NCBI GenBank assembly: GCA_965205865.1
Contig: CBDBHR010000029.1
Coordinates: forward strand, 672,001 to 736,000
Source of the DNA: a bacterium
GTDB taxonomy: Bacteria; SAR324; NAC60-12
Length of the DNA: 64,000 bases
Direction of reading: 5' to 3'
The notes under the pieces were generated by a model. It was given only the letters and a program-made list of their open reading frames with translations, was not told the DNA's origin and searched no databases. How positions within the stretch are numbered: the first letter of the stretch is position 1; every line of letters starts with the position of its first letter. Below, in pieces: positions 32,880 through 43,255 of the stretch. Both the position numbers and the translations under genes were made by a program.

Positions 32880-33187
32880 CAGAAGTCAACATTTTTGTTT
32901 GGCACTGTTCAATTCCCCGTTGACCGTTTCTAAAATTCCTCTGGTGATGATATGATGTTTTACATGACTTTCGGCTAAATAAATATGAGCGAAATTGAAA
33001 TAAAACCTTAGAAAACAAAAGACCAGCAGAAATTCATAAAAACCTTCATAAATTTGCTTTAATTGCTGGTTTCAGGGGAATGCCATCGCTGCTCACAAAA
33101 ATTGCCTGGGAATGCCACTTTTTCCCAGGCAATCGAGTCCTGTAGATCCCGGCAATATATTAGCCAACACTTTGCTTTTCTGCTTCT

Positions 33188-33341
33188 TTAGGAATGAAAT
33201 TTAAATAAGTTAGAAGTATGGATACGCAAATTTGGGGACAGGTAACAGCAGGAAAACAGTAGAGTTGGGATGCCGCTGTACATGTCCCTCAATTTTGCTC
33301 ACAGCATTGGAAGAATTACAGGTTATTTAAGGTTTGTTCCT
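33188..33341 (-). repeat. GGGGACA-type palindromic element, copy B
   Basis: Reverse complement of 42643-42802 with few differences. Confidence 0.85.
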
Positions 33342-33631
33342 CAGGACACGATTGTTTGATAATAATTGAATGGCCACACCTCACGCGACTGTGTTATAAT
33401 TGCTTTCGTGATTACCGATGCTTTGGAATACCTGAAATTCAGGCAGAATGCTGGAATCCACAAAATCAGTTTGAATTGCAGGAGTGAGTAAAAATGAAAC
33501 AGCACGGTAATCTTCGAAAAAGAACGACTGTTTTATATAAATTGAATTTCATATCAGTACCATTGATCTTGATAGGAACCTCAGGAAGCTGAAATCGAAC
33601 CAGATCATGGAATAAGCTCCGTATAACATAT

Positions 33632-35014
33632 ATGAAATATAAAAGTACTCGGGGATATGTTCGGAACCTGTCCTTTGAAAATACTGTTCTCATGGGATTG
33701 GCAGACGACGGAGGTCTGCTCCTTCCAGAGGAAATTCCCTTGGTCCAAAAAAATTTCCGAGAATGGAGCGAGTATTCTTTTCAGGAATTGAGCTTGGCAA
33801 TTCTATCCCATTTTATCGGAGAAGAGATTCCTGGCAATGATTTGAAAGACCTCATACATCGAAGTCATGCCTCATTTGGTCATACTGAAATCACCCCAGT
33901 TATTCCGGTGGGAGATATTTTTATCTTGGAACTTTTTCATGGTCCCACTTACGCGTTCAAAGACATCGCGTTGCAATTTATAGGAAATCTGTTTGATTAT
34001 TTTTTACAGAAAAATCAATACCACGTCACGGTATTGGTAGCAACCTCCGGAGATACCGGAAGTGCTGCCATTTATGGTTTGAGAGGTAAAAAAAACGTCC
34101 ATCTTTTTGTCCTGCATCCGAAAGGTCGCGTCAGTCCAATTCAAGAATACCAAATGACGACGATATTGGATGCCAACATCCATAACTTGGCGATCGAAGG
34201 CACCTTTGATGATGCGCAAACCATTGTCAAGGCGCTCTTCACGGATTTGCAATTCAAGAAAAAATACCAACTCGGCGCAGTCAATTCATTCAACTGGGCG
34301 CGGATATTGGCACAAATTGTCTATTATTTTTATGCATATTTCAGGGTGCAGCCTCGATGTGAAGAACCTGTCGACTTTTCAGTGCCAACCGGGAATTTTG
34401 GAGATGTTCTGGCAGGTTATTATGCAAAAATGATGGGACTGCCCATCAATCGGCTGATTGTGGCCACCAATCAGAATGATATTCTGCATCGTTTTTTCTC
34501 AAATGGGGAATACCACCAGCATTCCGTCATCCCCACTTGGAGTCCTTCCATGGATATTCAAATCTCCAGCAATTTTGAACGATACCTTTACTACTTGAGT
34601 GGTCAGCAACCCGATAGGTTGGGGCAATGGATGCAAACATTTCATCAAACCGGAAAACTGGACATAAAAGGCGAATTATTGGAAAAGGCGCAACAAGAAA
34701 TGTGCTCTGTCAGTGTTTCAGAAGAAGAGACCCTGATAACGATTCGAGAGTATTTCAATAAATACCAATATATTCTCGATCCTCATACAGCCGTGGGAGT
34801 CCGATCGATGGAGGTGAGATCCGGAAAACATCCTCAAATATGTTTGGCAACCGCTCATCCTGCCAAGTTTGCGCACGCAGTCCAAGCTGCTATAGGAATA
34901 GAGCCTTCTTTGCCTCCGGCATTGTCTTGTTTGCAAAACCAGGAAACCCGGTGTCACGTCCTCCCCGCCTCCATAGATGCAGTGAAGGAAAAAATTGTCC
35001 GGATAATGCAATAA
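33632..35014 (+). CDS. thrC: Threonine synthase
   Basis: YKSTRG, ELFHGPTYAFKD, ATSGDTG, VPTGNFG, ATAHPAKF. Confidence 0.97.
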   Translation: MKYKSTRGYVRNLSFENTVLMGLADDGGLLLPEEIPLVQKNFREWSEYSFQELSLAILSHFIGEEIPGNDLKDLIHRSHASFGHTEITPVIPVGDIFILELFHGPTYAFKDIALQFIGNLFDYFLQKNQYHVTVLVATSGDTGSAAIYGLRGKKNVHLFVLHPKGRVSPIQEYQMTTILDANIHNLAIEGTFDDAQTIVKALFTDLQFKKKYQLGAVNSFNWARILAQIVYYFYAYFRVQPRCEEPVDFSVPTGNFGDVLAGYYAKMMGLPINRLIVATNQNDILHRFFSNGEYHQHSVIPTWSPSMDIQISSNFERYLYYLSGQQPDRLGQWMQTFHQTGKLDIKGELLEKAQQEMCSVSVSEEETLITIREYFNKYQYILDPHTAVGVRSMEVRSGKHPQICLATAHPAKFAHAVQAAIGIEPSLPPALSCLQNQETRCHVLPASIDAVKEKIVRIMQ

Positions 35015-35037
35015 TTGTTTGTCGACCACGTGGTTTT

Positions 35038-36024
35038 ATGCAAGAGAAGAACGAGATTTCATATCATAAATTTGAAAAAAAGAGACCACGGTGGACAAAA
35101 AAATTGCGACGTAATCTGGAATATTATTCGTTGCTCGGAGGGATCGCACTGGGCAATCATCTTTCTTTTGAGGTTTTGCAATTCTTAGGTAGGTGTCTGG
35201 GACGAACTGCCTATTATCTGCTCTGGAAAGACCGTGGAATTGTCGAGCAACAGCTTGCTCTCGTTTTTAAGGACATTCCTGCTTGCCAGCGAAAAAGGTG
35301 GACTTATGATTGTTTTCTCCATTTTGGGCAAATGATGTTCGAAGTACTGGGCATGGATCACTTTACACAATCCACCCAGAGGATCAAAGTGGATGGAGAA
35401 GCATTATTACAAGAAGGACACGAGCGGGGAAAAGGAACCATTGTATTGGGCGCCCATTTAGGGAACTGGGAACTATTGACATCTTTTTTTGAGAGAACCG
35501 GGTATTCGGCCAAAGTGGCAGTGACTCCAATTTATGATAAACGCTTGAATGATTTTTTTGTCAAATTACGCCAAAAAGGAGGCATTACTCTGGTTCCGCG
35601 TGGCGCCCCTCAGACTTCTCGCGCAATTTTGGAATGTTTTAAGCAGAATGAGATTTTTTTTGTGCTCATCGATCAGGATACCGATGTCTCCAGTATGTTT
35701 GTTCCCTTTTTTGATATTCCGGCAAAAACTCCGGTAGTTGCTGCCAGTCTGGCTTTGAAAACAGGAGCATTGGTATTGAGTGCGATGGTGATCCGACAAC
35801 CGTATGGACAATTCGAAGTTCAATTGAAACGTGTCGGAATTTTCGAAAAAAAGAAAGCCAATCGAAGCGATCTCTTTGAAGTCACAATGCGATTCAATCA
35901 GCATCTCGAACAAATCATTCGACGTTATCCTTCGCAGTGGGCATGGTTTCATCGTCGCTGGAATCACAGGCCTACAGAAAAAGATCTGCTGTTTTTTCAG
36001 GAAATGAATTCCTTGAAAAAATAA
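35038..36024 (+). CDS. Lipid A lauroyl/lysophospholipid acyltransferase (HtrB/LpxL family)
   Basis: HLGNWE, IDQD, VPFF, PSQWAWFHRRW; start at MQEKN. Confidence 0.9.
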   Translation: MQEKNEISYHKFEKKRPRWTKKLRRNLEYYSLLGGIALGNHLSFEVLQFLGRCLGRTAYYLLWKDRGIVEQQLALVFKDIPACQRKRWTYDCFLHFGQMMFEVLGMDHFTQSTQRIKVDGEALLQEGHERGKGTIVLGAHLGNWELLTSFFERTGYSAKVAVTPIYDKRLNDFFVKLRQKGGITLVPRGAPQTSRAILECFKQNEIFFVLIDQDTDVSSMFVPFFDIPAKTPVVAASLALKTGALVLSAMVIRQPYGQFEVQLKRVGIFEKKKANRSDLFEVTMRFNQHLEQIIRRYPSQWAWFHRRWNHRPTEKDLLFFQEMNSLKK

Positions 36025-36056
36025 TGTACCATCAACAAGGAAAGTGAACGAATCTT

Positions 36057-36824
36057 ATGGATCACAAACGGTTATATGAGATCTTCCAACAGATTCATGA
36101 AAGAACATTGACGCCGGAGAACGCCTTGAAACACGTACAGGCGGCTAGTTACAGTGATTTGGGATTTGCTAAAGTTGATCATGGACGGCAATCGAGAATG
36201 GGTTTTCCTGAAGTGGTTTATGCGGAGCACAAATCCGTGGAGCATCTGGCAAACATTTGTGAAAGCCATCTTGAAATCCATGACCGTTTGCTGGTTACCC
36301 GTCTTTCAGAAGAAAAATTTTTGCAACTGCAGGAAAAAGGGATTCCAGGCCGTTACAATAGTGTGTCCCGCACTTTATCCTTTGTTCCGGAACAAGGCGA
36401 ACAAAAAGGAGATATTCTGATCTTGAGTGCAGGGACTGCTGATTTGCCAGTCGCAGAAGAAGCAAAAGAAACGGCAAGGATAATGGGCAACGCCGTTGAG
36501 TTGATTTCAGACGTGGGTGTTGCCGGACTGCATCGTCTATTGGATCAACTGGAACGACTGCGCCAAGCCAAAGTGATTATTGTGGTTGCAGGAATGGAAG
36601 GAGCATTGGCCAGCGTGGTGGGAGGCCTGGTTCAAATCCCCGTGATTGCCGTACCCACTTCAGTGGGATATGGAATGGGATTGCAAGGCTTTGGGACTTT
36701 GCTTTCGATGCTCAATAGCTGTGCTCCCGGAGTCACGGTTGTCAATATCGACAATGGATTTGGAGCGGCTTTTACAGCCAGTTTGATCAATAATCCCGTT
36801 GCGGATCGTGGTCGAAAGGTGTGA
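36057..36824 (+). CDS. larB: Nickel pincer cofactor biosynthesis protein LarB (PurE-like)
   Basis: FAKVDH.R..R.GFPEV, AGTADLPVAEEA, DVGVAGLHR, AGMEGAL, VVNIDNGFGA. Confidence 0.93.
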   Translation: MDHKRLYEIFQQIHERTLTPENALKHVQAASYSDLGFAKVDHGRQSRMGFPEVVYAEHKSVEHLANICESHLEIHDRLLVTRLSEEKFLQLQEKGIPGRYNSVSRTLSFVPEQGEQKGDILILSAGTADLPVAEEAKETARIMGNAVELISDVGVAGLHRLLDQLERLRQAKVIIVVAGMEGALASVVGGLVQIPVIAVPTSVGYGMGLQGFGTLLSMLNSCAPGVTVVNIDNGFGAAFTASLINNPVADRGRKV

Positions 36825-36845
36825 AGAAAGTGGAAAATAGCATCC

Positions 36846-37643
36846 TTGAAAAGGAAAAACAACGTGCCGATCGCATTGAGTAGAAAGCAACGAATTCATT
36901 ACCGACTCGAGGGAAACAAAGGGCCTTATTTGGTGCTATACTCTCCTTTTTTACAGACCCTCCAAGGATGGTATCGTAGCAACTATGTGAAACACTTGCA
37001 GGATAATTGTCGTTTAATTTTGATCGATCCCCTGGGGCAAGGTCGTAGTGATGCTCCCCAGAAATTCGAGCACTACGTCATAGAATCCAGAGCACGGGAT
37101 ATCCTGGATATCATGGAAGAATTGAAAGTCGAAAAAATGCACTTTCTTGGTTTGGGAATAGGAGCGCAAGTAGGTTTTTTCATGGCAGCTCACTTCCCGA
37201 AACGGGTCCGTTCATTGATTGTTGCAGGTGCGCACCCATATCCCGTTACAACAGAATTGCAGAAAATCCAGGAATGGATTCAACAATTGCGCACTGATGG
37301 CATTGTAGCGCTCCTCAATTCACTGAAATCCCGGCAATCTTTTTCTACCGAGTGGGAATTGGAAGTGTCGCAAGGAATAGCGGGAGCGTATGCAATGTCT
37401 TTGGAGGCAATCTGTCAATGGGATGGCATCGAAGGTCTTTTAGAATCCGTTTCCATTCCGACACTGCTGATTACGGAGACGGGAGAGGAAAAATTTCTGG
37501 CAATACGTGAAGCAGGCCGTATCATGCCTCGTGCACGGTATCTGATTCTGCCCCAATTGAAATATGAAGATGGGCTCTTAGATGCAGCTACAATCGCGCC
37601 TCATCTGATCGAGTTTATTCGAAAACAACACCGTCCTGAATAG
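36846..37643 (+). CDS. Alpha/beta hydrolase fold protein
   Basis: IDPLGQGRSD; the nucleophile elbow reads GLGIG (no Ser), so it may be non-catalytic. Confidence 0.75.
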   Translation: MKRKNNVPIALSRKQRIHYRLEGNKGPYLVLYSPFLQTLQGWYRSNYVKHLQDNCRLILIDPLGQGRSDAPQKFEHYVIESRARDILDIMEELKVEKMHFLGLGIGAQVGFFMAAHFPKRVRSLIVAGAHPYPVTTELQKIQEWIQQLRTDGIVALLNSLKSRQSFSTEWELEVSQGIAGAYAMSLEAICQWDGIEGLLESVSIPTLLITETGEEKFLAIREAGRIMPRARYLILPQLKYEDGLLDAATIAPHLIEFIRKQHRPE

Positions 37644-37794
37644 ACCTGGGAATATTGCAAAAAAGTAGTAATCCCTCATCACCTCTCTCTTGAAACTGAG
37701 CAATATCAACGAGGTTTCCATGAGCTGAAGAAGATCTTCTGTTTTTGCGCATGAATATGCCTGGTAAACAAATACGGATTTCAGCCGATGCCGA

Positions 37795-38592
37795 TTGAGA
37801 ACGGATTATCCGGACCGAGTGAATGTGATGTTCATTGGAATAATCGTTGCGATCCTTCTTGGAAGTGCCATAAGCATAATTTTGGTAAGAGGCATCTACC
37901 GTATGCCTTATGATCAAAAGCTGTGGTCCCCCCCTCTCCAATGCCCTTTCTGCCACAAGAATTTCATTTGGTATGTTCATATTCCAGTGCTGGGATTCTG
38001 GCTTTGCAAGCGTCGTTGTTCTAATTGTCATCAACCTATGTCATCGCAACCCTTCTGGATTGAACTCTTCACCATATTGGGTACCACCACACTCTTTTTG
38101 TCTCAGCGCGCCCCAAGCATCTTGGCCATCGATCTGGTGTTTTTATACTTGTTGATTGCAATTGCATTCATTGATTGGAACGTCATGATCATCGAACCGC
38201 GAGTCATCATTCTTGGAATCGTCCTCCGTTTGGTTTGGCTTGCCTGGTTTGAACGCCACATGTTTTTGTACTTCCTAGGTAGTATGTGCATTGCCGCGGG
38301 TGCGTTTTATTTCATTGGTTTTGTTTATGAAACCCTGCGACGTCAGCAAGGATTGGGGGACGGAGATGCTGCCGTGATCGCAGCAATCGCTCTATGGGTT
38401 GGATGGGAAGCTCTCAGTGTCACGGTTTTGATTGCCGCTTTGAGTGGATTGATGGTAGGAGGAACTTCGTTAATATTGAAAAAACGACCATTGGCGACCA
38501 GCCGAGTACCCTTTGCGCCGTTTTTGTGTCTCAGTGGGGGTCTCGTGTATTTTACCCAAGACTGGATAAATGGGACTCCCTTCCTTTTTTGA
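37795..38592 (+). CDS. pilD: Prepilin peptidase (A24)
   Basis: CPFC..CSNC Zn motif, FIDW, GLGDGD, VPFAPFL. Confidence 0.88.
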   Translation: MRTDYPDRVNVMFIGIIVAILLGSAISIILVRGIYRMPYDQKLWSPPLQCPFCHKNFIWYVHIPVLGFWLCKRRCSNCHQPMSSQPFWIELFTILGTTTLFLSQRAPSILAIDLVFLYLLIAIAFIDWNVMIIEPRVIILGIVLRLVWLAWFERHMFLYFLGSMCIAAGAFYFIGFVYETLRRQQGLGDGDAAVIAAIALWVGWEALSVTVLIAALSGLMVGGTSLILKKRPLATSRVPFAPFLCLSGGLVYFTQDWINGTPFLF

Positions 38593-38601
38593 GGCGTAAT
38601 C

Positions 38602-39882
38602 ATGCTGAATAGAAAATCTGTTTGCTACATTTTCGTTGGCAGGTATGCGATATGGGTTGTGTTCCGAGCACGGGTCGTTCATGCTGAAATCTCTCCTCAA
38701 GCATTGACAGTTAGCCATATCATCAAGAAATGTTCCCGGTGGAAGTGTTCGAAAATCGTCTTATTCTTGGAATTTCCCTGGGTGCTATTAAACGTTCAGG
38801 TGACAATCCCGCTTTCTCGCAAGGATGCCTTTCAATTCAGCCGAAATGTGCTTGGGTTTCATCATAGCACTCCCGACAAATTCTCAAAAATCGGTATTTG
38901 TTTTTTTGAACTAACCGAAAAGAATAGAAAAGGTTTGCTCTCGGCCGCCCTTCCTCCACAAACATTGAAGCTCATTGATGGTTTGAAAAAAAACAAACGC
39001 GTCAAAGTGGAACCCGTCCCTTTGTTGTGTGGCTACTTACCTCAATTGCTGAAAATGGCGTCTGACGTCATTTTTTTCAGGGGAATTCGACAGACAGTTT
39101 TCCTTACCAAAAAGAAGCAATTGCTGGAAAAAATAACGATTCTCCCTGAAGCAAGCGCAAGGGAGGGTGGAACAAAAATTATCGGAGATTTTTTGGATGT
39201 TATTCCTGAGGGGTACAAAACAGTCTATTTGAGTAATCAGGCAGCAGAATCTGAAGACAGAGCCAGCCTTTCCATTCTCACAACCACCCGCCAATGGAAG
39301 GGATTGACAAAAAATAGCAATCCTTCCTTTGAATGGGAAACCCGGGAATTGTCCTGGAAAACCAATTGGAAATGGTTGGCGGCAGCGGGAGGAGTTGGGA
39401 TCATGGGAATTTTATTTTTTTGGTATTTCTCCTTGCAGGAAGCCAACACAAATCTCCAACAACAAATCAGTCGCTCCCTTCAAAAAATCCAAGAAAATCA
39501 AACGAAAATTGGACATTTCAAAGTCTATGCCCAGCAACGTGAACATTTTATCCAGATGAATACAATCTATCAGCATCTCAAAAGTATGTCTGTGGTTGCC
39601 AAGAAAAGTTTAGAACAATTGATTGCCCCCATGGACCGTCGGGTTTGGATTGAGTACTTGAATTATAGCGATCAACAATTGGATTTGAGTTTAATGGCTT
39701 TGGATGCAAATGTAATTCCAGATGTATTGGAGCAGTTGGCAGCGACTCCTGCAACAGAAAAAATACTGCTGAAATCTCAGGAATTAGTGCAAATTGAGCA
39801 GCAGGACGTTGTGAAAATTATTTTGCAAATCGATTTGAAAACAGAAGAAGCAAAACCCATTTTGAGATTTGGTATTGAATAA
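38602..39882 (+). CDS. PilM/PilN-like (GspL-like) assembly protein
   Basis: Single TM, coiled coil and VWIEYL PilN-like domain; lies upstream of pilO. Confidence 0.55.
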   Translation: MLNRKSVCYIFVGRYAIWVVFRARVVHAEISPQALTVSHIIKKCSRWKCSKIVLFLEFPWVLLNVQVTIPLSRKDAFQFSRNVLGFHHSTPDKFSKIGICFFELTEKNRKGLLSAALPPQTLKLIDGLKKNKRVKVEPVPLLCGYLPQLLKMASDVIFFRGIRQTVFLTKKKQLLEKITILPEASAREGGTKIIGDFLDVIPEGYKTVYLSNQAAESEDRASLSILTTTRQWKGLTKNSNPSFEWETRELSWKTNWKWLAAAGGVGIMGILFFWYFSLQEANTNLQQQISRSLQKIQENQTKIGHFKVYAQQREHFIQMNTIYQHLKSMSVVAKKSLEQLIAPMDRRVWIEYLNYSDQQLDLSLMALDANVIPDVLEQLAATPATEKILLKSQELVQIEQQDVVKIILQIDLKTEEAKPILRFGIE

Positions 39883-40432
39883 CTTGTCGAATAGACAATG
39901 GCTCTTCATCGGTTTGATTGGGATATTATTGATATCGTTGATTTACAATATCAAATTGAGTCCGGAATTGGAGCGGCAACAACGATTGAAACAACGCCAT
40001 CATATAGTTTTGACGAAGCTGCAGGAACTCAATCAATATCAAATCTACCAAAGACAGCTACAGGAGGAAACTGCGGGTATCGAGGAGCAAATCAAACTGA
40101 TCGAGCAAGTATTACCAGAACGCCTGGATCTCGCAAATATCACGGCTTATTTACTACAAGCAATCCAAAAAAGCGAACTGCAGTCAATTCGCCAGGTAAT
40201 GACTCCCGAATTTGACCTGGAACATTATGCGGAGCTGAGCATTCACTTGCAAATGGAGGGGTATTATCGACAACTGCTGGAAATGGTCCGACAATTGGAA
40301 AAATTACCATTTTTGGTTAACATACGGAGATTGGAAATAAAAAACAACACGCTTACCAGTGATGACCCTCGATTGCAAATTCAAATCGATCTCAGTATTT
40401 ACCGGCGTCAGCCCAACATAGAATTGTTTTAG
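39869..40432 (+). CDS. pilO: Type IV pilus assembly protein PilO
   Basis: N-terminal TM, coiled coil, LP, YAEL.I...G.Y..L......LP.LVNI. Confidence 0.8.
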   Translation: MVLNNLSNRQWLFIGLIGILLISLIYNIKLSPELERQQRLKQRHHIVLTKLQELNQYQIYQRQLQEETAGIEEQIKLIEQVLPERLDLANITAYLLQAIQKSELQSIRQVMTPEFDLEHYAELSIHLQMEGYYRQLLEMVRQLEKLPFLVNIRRLEIKNNTLTSDDPRLQIQIDLSIYRRQPNIELF

Positions 40433-40465
40433 AAAATCTGCTTTTTTTGTTTCGTCCGAGGAAAG

Positions 40466-41314
40466 TTGATGTTGAGATGGTGGAGCATACTGACCGTGCC
40501 CAGTTGTACATTTTTGTTGTTCAGCAATGTGTGGGGGCAGAATGAAACTCAACCAGCCATTGAGTATAATCCCTTTGGGAGCGTGCTGGCATCGTCAAAA
40601 AAACCCGAATCCGAAACTCCATCTCCGCCTACAGCTCCTGCTCAAAGCACAGATACTTCCCGGAGTATACAAACAGAGCAGAAAAAAGAAGAAATAAAGA
40701 CGTCTCTCCCGGAACTCATAATTTCCCGCAATCTTACTAAAAAGAAAAAGGGAATTAATCCTCAAATGCTGTCCGCGTCCGATCTCATTTCTGAGGGAAA
40801 AAATACACTCCTTCTCCCCCAGGAGCCAATTGCTTCAGAGCAGGTAGCGCAAAAAATACTGTCCCAATTTCGCGTCAAGAAATCGATTGCCGGCACTGAA
40901 TGGTTCTCCCGGAACCAGGCAGCTCTCCAGCAAAACATGGTACTCGAATCCCACACCGTCGAGAGGGAGGTGAAAAAGACGGAATCCGTCCAAACCCTGA
41001 CCGGGAAAATGGCCAATGGACCCGATAAAGAGAGAGAAAAATCGTCTCTAGCCACTCCAGCGGGGTCAGTTTCTGAAGAAACTGAAGACCATCTTGCGGA
41101 AGCATCGCAGAAATCAAATGAATATAAACTCGTATTGAATGGCATTGTTGTGGGCACCGAAGGACGATTTGCGGTGATCCGGCATGAAGAAAGATGGCAT
41201 ATTGTTTCAGAGGGAGATCTTATTGTGGGGAAGCGCATAATTAAGATTGGAAAAAAAGAAGTCATACTACAAGACGGGAGTCAGCAAATAAGTCTCAGTT
41301 TCGAAAATCCGTGA
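40466..41314 (+). CDS. Secreted protein with PilP/GspC-like C-terminal domain
   Basis: Signal peptide, NPF, L.GIV....FAVI....IVSEGD.I. Confidence 0.55.
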   Translation: MMLRWWSILTVPSCTFLLFSNVWGQNETQPAIEYNPFGSVLASSKKPESETPSPPTAPAQSTDTSRSIQTEQKKEEIKTSLPELIISRNLTKKKKGINPQMLSASDLISEGKNTLLLPQEPIASEQVAQKILSQFRVKKSIAGTEWFSRNQAALQQNMVLESHTVEREVKKTESVQTLTGKMANGPDKEREKSSLATPAGSVSEETEDHLAEASQKSNEYKLVLNGIVVGTEGRFAVIRHEERWHIVSEGDLIVGKRIIKIGKKEVILQDGSQQISLSFENP

Positions 41315-41368
41315 GCTGAAAGAATGGAAAGTCAATCAGTTGTACCAAAGGATAAAATTAAATGACGT

Positions 41369-42454
41369 TTGAACAAGTATATACGGCAAGAGTATAAATT
41401 GATGGAACTGCTGGGAACTTTGACTACGCTGGCACGACAACACCTGGGCCCTCTTGTTGAACCTGAAATGTTGAAAGGGGATGGCTCCGACCGTCAAATT
41501 TATCGTTTTCACAAGGGGTCGCAGTCTTGGATTGGAGTGACGAATCCAAATGTTTCCGAGAATCGAGCATTTATTTTTTTGTCCGGGCAACTGGCTCTGA
41601 TTGGCATTCCGGTTCCTCGAATATATGCAGTTGATTGGAAAGAGGATTGTTATTTGCTGGAAGATTTGGGGAATCAGTCGATGGCAGATTTATTGAGACT
41701 GTGGCATGAGGCCGACCCTGCCAATAGCGCCGCTATTCTGGAAGCCTATCAAAAAGTGTTATACTGGTTACCTCGCATCCAGTTTGAAGGGCACCAGGGA
41801 CTGGATTATTCGTTTTGTTGCCGAGAATCAGTTCTGGACCGTTCTGTATTTACATGGGATTTGGAGTACTTCCAACAATTCTTCTGGAAGCAGTATATCC
41901 CGCAATATCCGTCGAGCGACGCCATTTTGAAAGAACTCGGGCATCTTATTGAATATCTGGAGGCAGTGGAACGCCAAGTCTTGGTTGTACGAGATTTTCA
42001 ACCAAGAAATATCATGTGGAAAGAAGAAACCCCTTATTTTATTGATTACCAAATGGCGTGTCGGGGCGCGTTACATTATGATGTCGCTTGCCTCTTGTAT
42101 GCCTCCTCATCCGCACTGGATGAGCAACAGCGCGATACCCTCATCAGTGTCTATCTACAAGAATTGCAACCCTGGCGTCTGTTATCAAAAGCCCAGTTTC
42201 TCCAACATTTCTATCATTTCGCGCTACTCCGGCGTTTGCGTTCTTTAGGAACCTATGGCTATTTGTCTTCCCAGAAAAGTAAATATCACTTTCTGAAAGC
42301 AATTCCTCAAACGATTCGTGAAATCCACGACTTACTACTGCACCAACCCACATTGAATGACTTTTCTCATTTGAAAGCAATGTTTTACGAATGGACACAG
42401 GATTGTAATCTCTCCCAGCCTTCCTTATTCATAAAGAGCTTGTACAAAAAGTAG
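41369..42454 (+). CDS. Aminoglycoside phosphotransferase family protein (AmgK-like)
   Basis: GDGSDRQIYR, LLEDLG, RDFQPRNI, IDYQ, YDVA. Confidence 0.85.
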   Translation: MNKYIRQEYKLMELLGTLTTLARQHLGPLVEPEMLKGDGSDRQIYRFHKGSQSWIGVTNPNVSENRAFIFLSGQLALIGIPVPRIYAVDWKEDCYLLEDLGNQSMADLLRLWHEADPANSAAILEAYQKVLYWLPRIQFEGHQGLDYSFCCRESVLDRSVFTWDLEYFQQFFWKQYIPQYPSSDAILKELGHLIEYLEAVERQVLVVRDFQPRNIMWKEETPYFIDYQMACRGALHYDVACLLYASSSALDEQQRDTLISVYLQELQPWRLLSKAQFLQHFYHFALLRRLRSLGTYGYLSSQKSKYHFLKAIPQTIREIHDLLLHQPTLNDFSHLKAMFYEWTQDCNLSQPSLFIKSLYKK

Positions 42455-42642
42455 GTTTCAGGTTGAAATGCGCTGGCAAAATGATCTCAACCCCTTACCC
42501 CACAATCGTTGCCCTCCGTTCCTGCTCTCTCGCCGCTCAAAAGAAGCTCCTCGGCCCTTGCCTTCCACAATTTTCAAAAAATCAATCGCCTCCCTCCTTG
42601 ATTTATTGGTTTATTTTTTTGCGAATCCTCCATTTTTTTTAT

Positions 42643-42802
42643 TAAGGAACAAACCTTAAATAACCTGTAATTATTCCAATGGTGTGAGCAAAATTGGGGG
42701 ACATGTACAGCGGCATCCCAACTCTACTGTTTTATGCCTGCTGTTACGTGTCCCCTAATTTTGCGTATCCATACTTCTAACTTATTTAAATTTCATTCCT
42801 AA
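42643..42802 (+). repeat. GGGGACA-type palindromic element, copy C (full length)
   Basis: Imperfect arms of about 60 bp, each ending in GCAAAATT.GGGGACA.GTA, around a short spacer. Confidence 0.85.
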
Positions 42803-43255
42803 GGGCTTGAGGCAGCGTAGTAATGCTAAAATTATGCCTTGTTGTTTTAGGGAAGGAGAGGGTTCCCGCTCGATCAATTGAACAAAATCTTGGGAGGATT
42901 CCCGCTCGATCGATTGAACAATACCCCGGGAGGATGTGAAAACGATGGATCCTTCCCGGGAATCTTTTTTCAACGTTATTGAACTGAACGGCTTCTGACT
43001 GTCCCCGGATTTGAGCAGATTTATTGATTTTTTGTTTTTTTTTGCGAATCCCGCATTTATTTTGCCTTGGGGGGTTGACATTGGGTTGTTGTTGTTGTGC
43101 CAGGATCATGCCTTCGCTAAGTTGTTTTAGTGACAGAGAGGGTTCTCGATCGATTGAACAATATCGTGAGAGGAATTGAAAACGATCGATCCTCCCCGGG
43201 AATCTTTTTCAACGTTATTGAACTAAACGGGTTTTTCAGAGACCTGAATAGTTAC

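Noticed and set aside
42856-43230. CRISPR-like array (ATTGAAC-containing repeats)
   Set aside because: Only three irregularly spaced copies with related intervening sequence and no cas genes.
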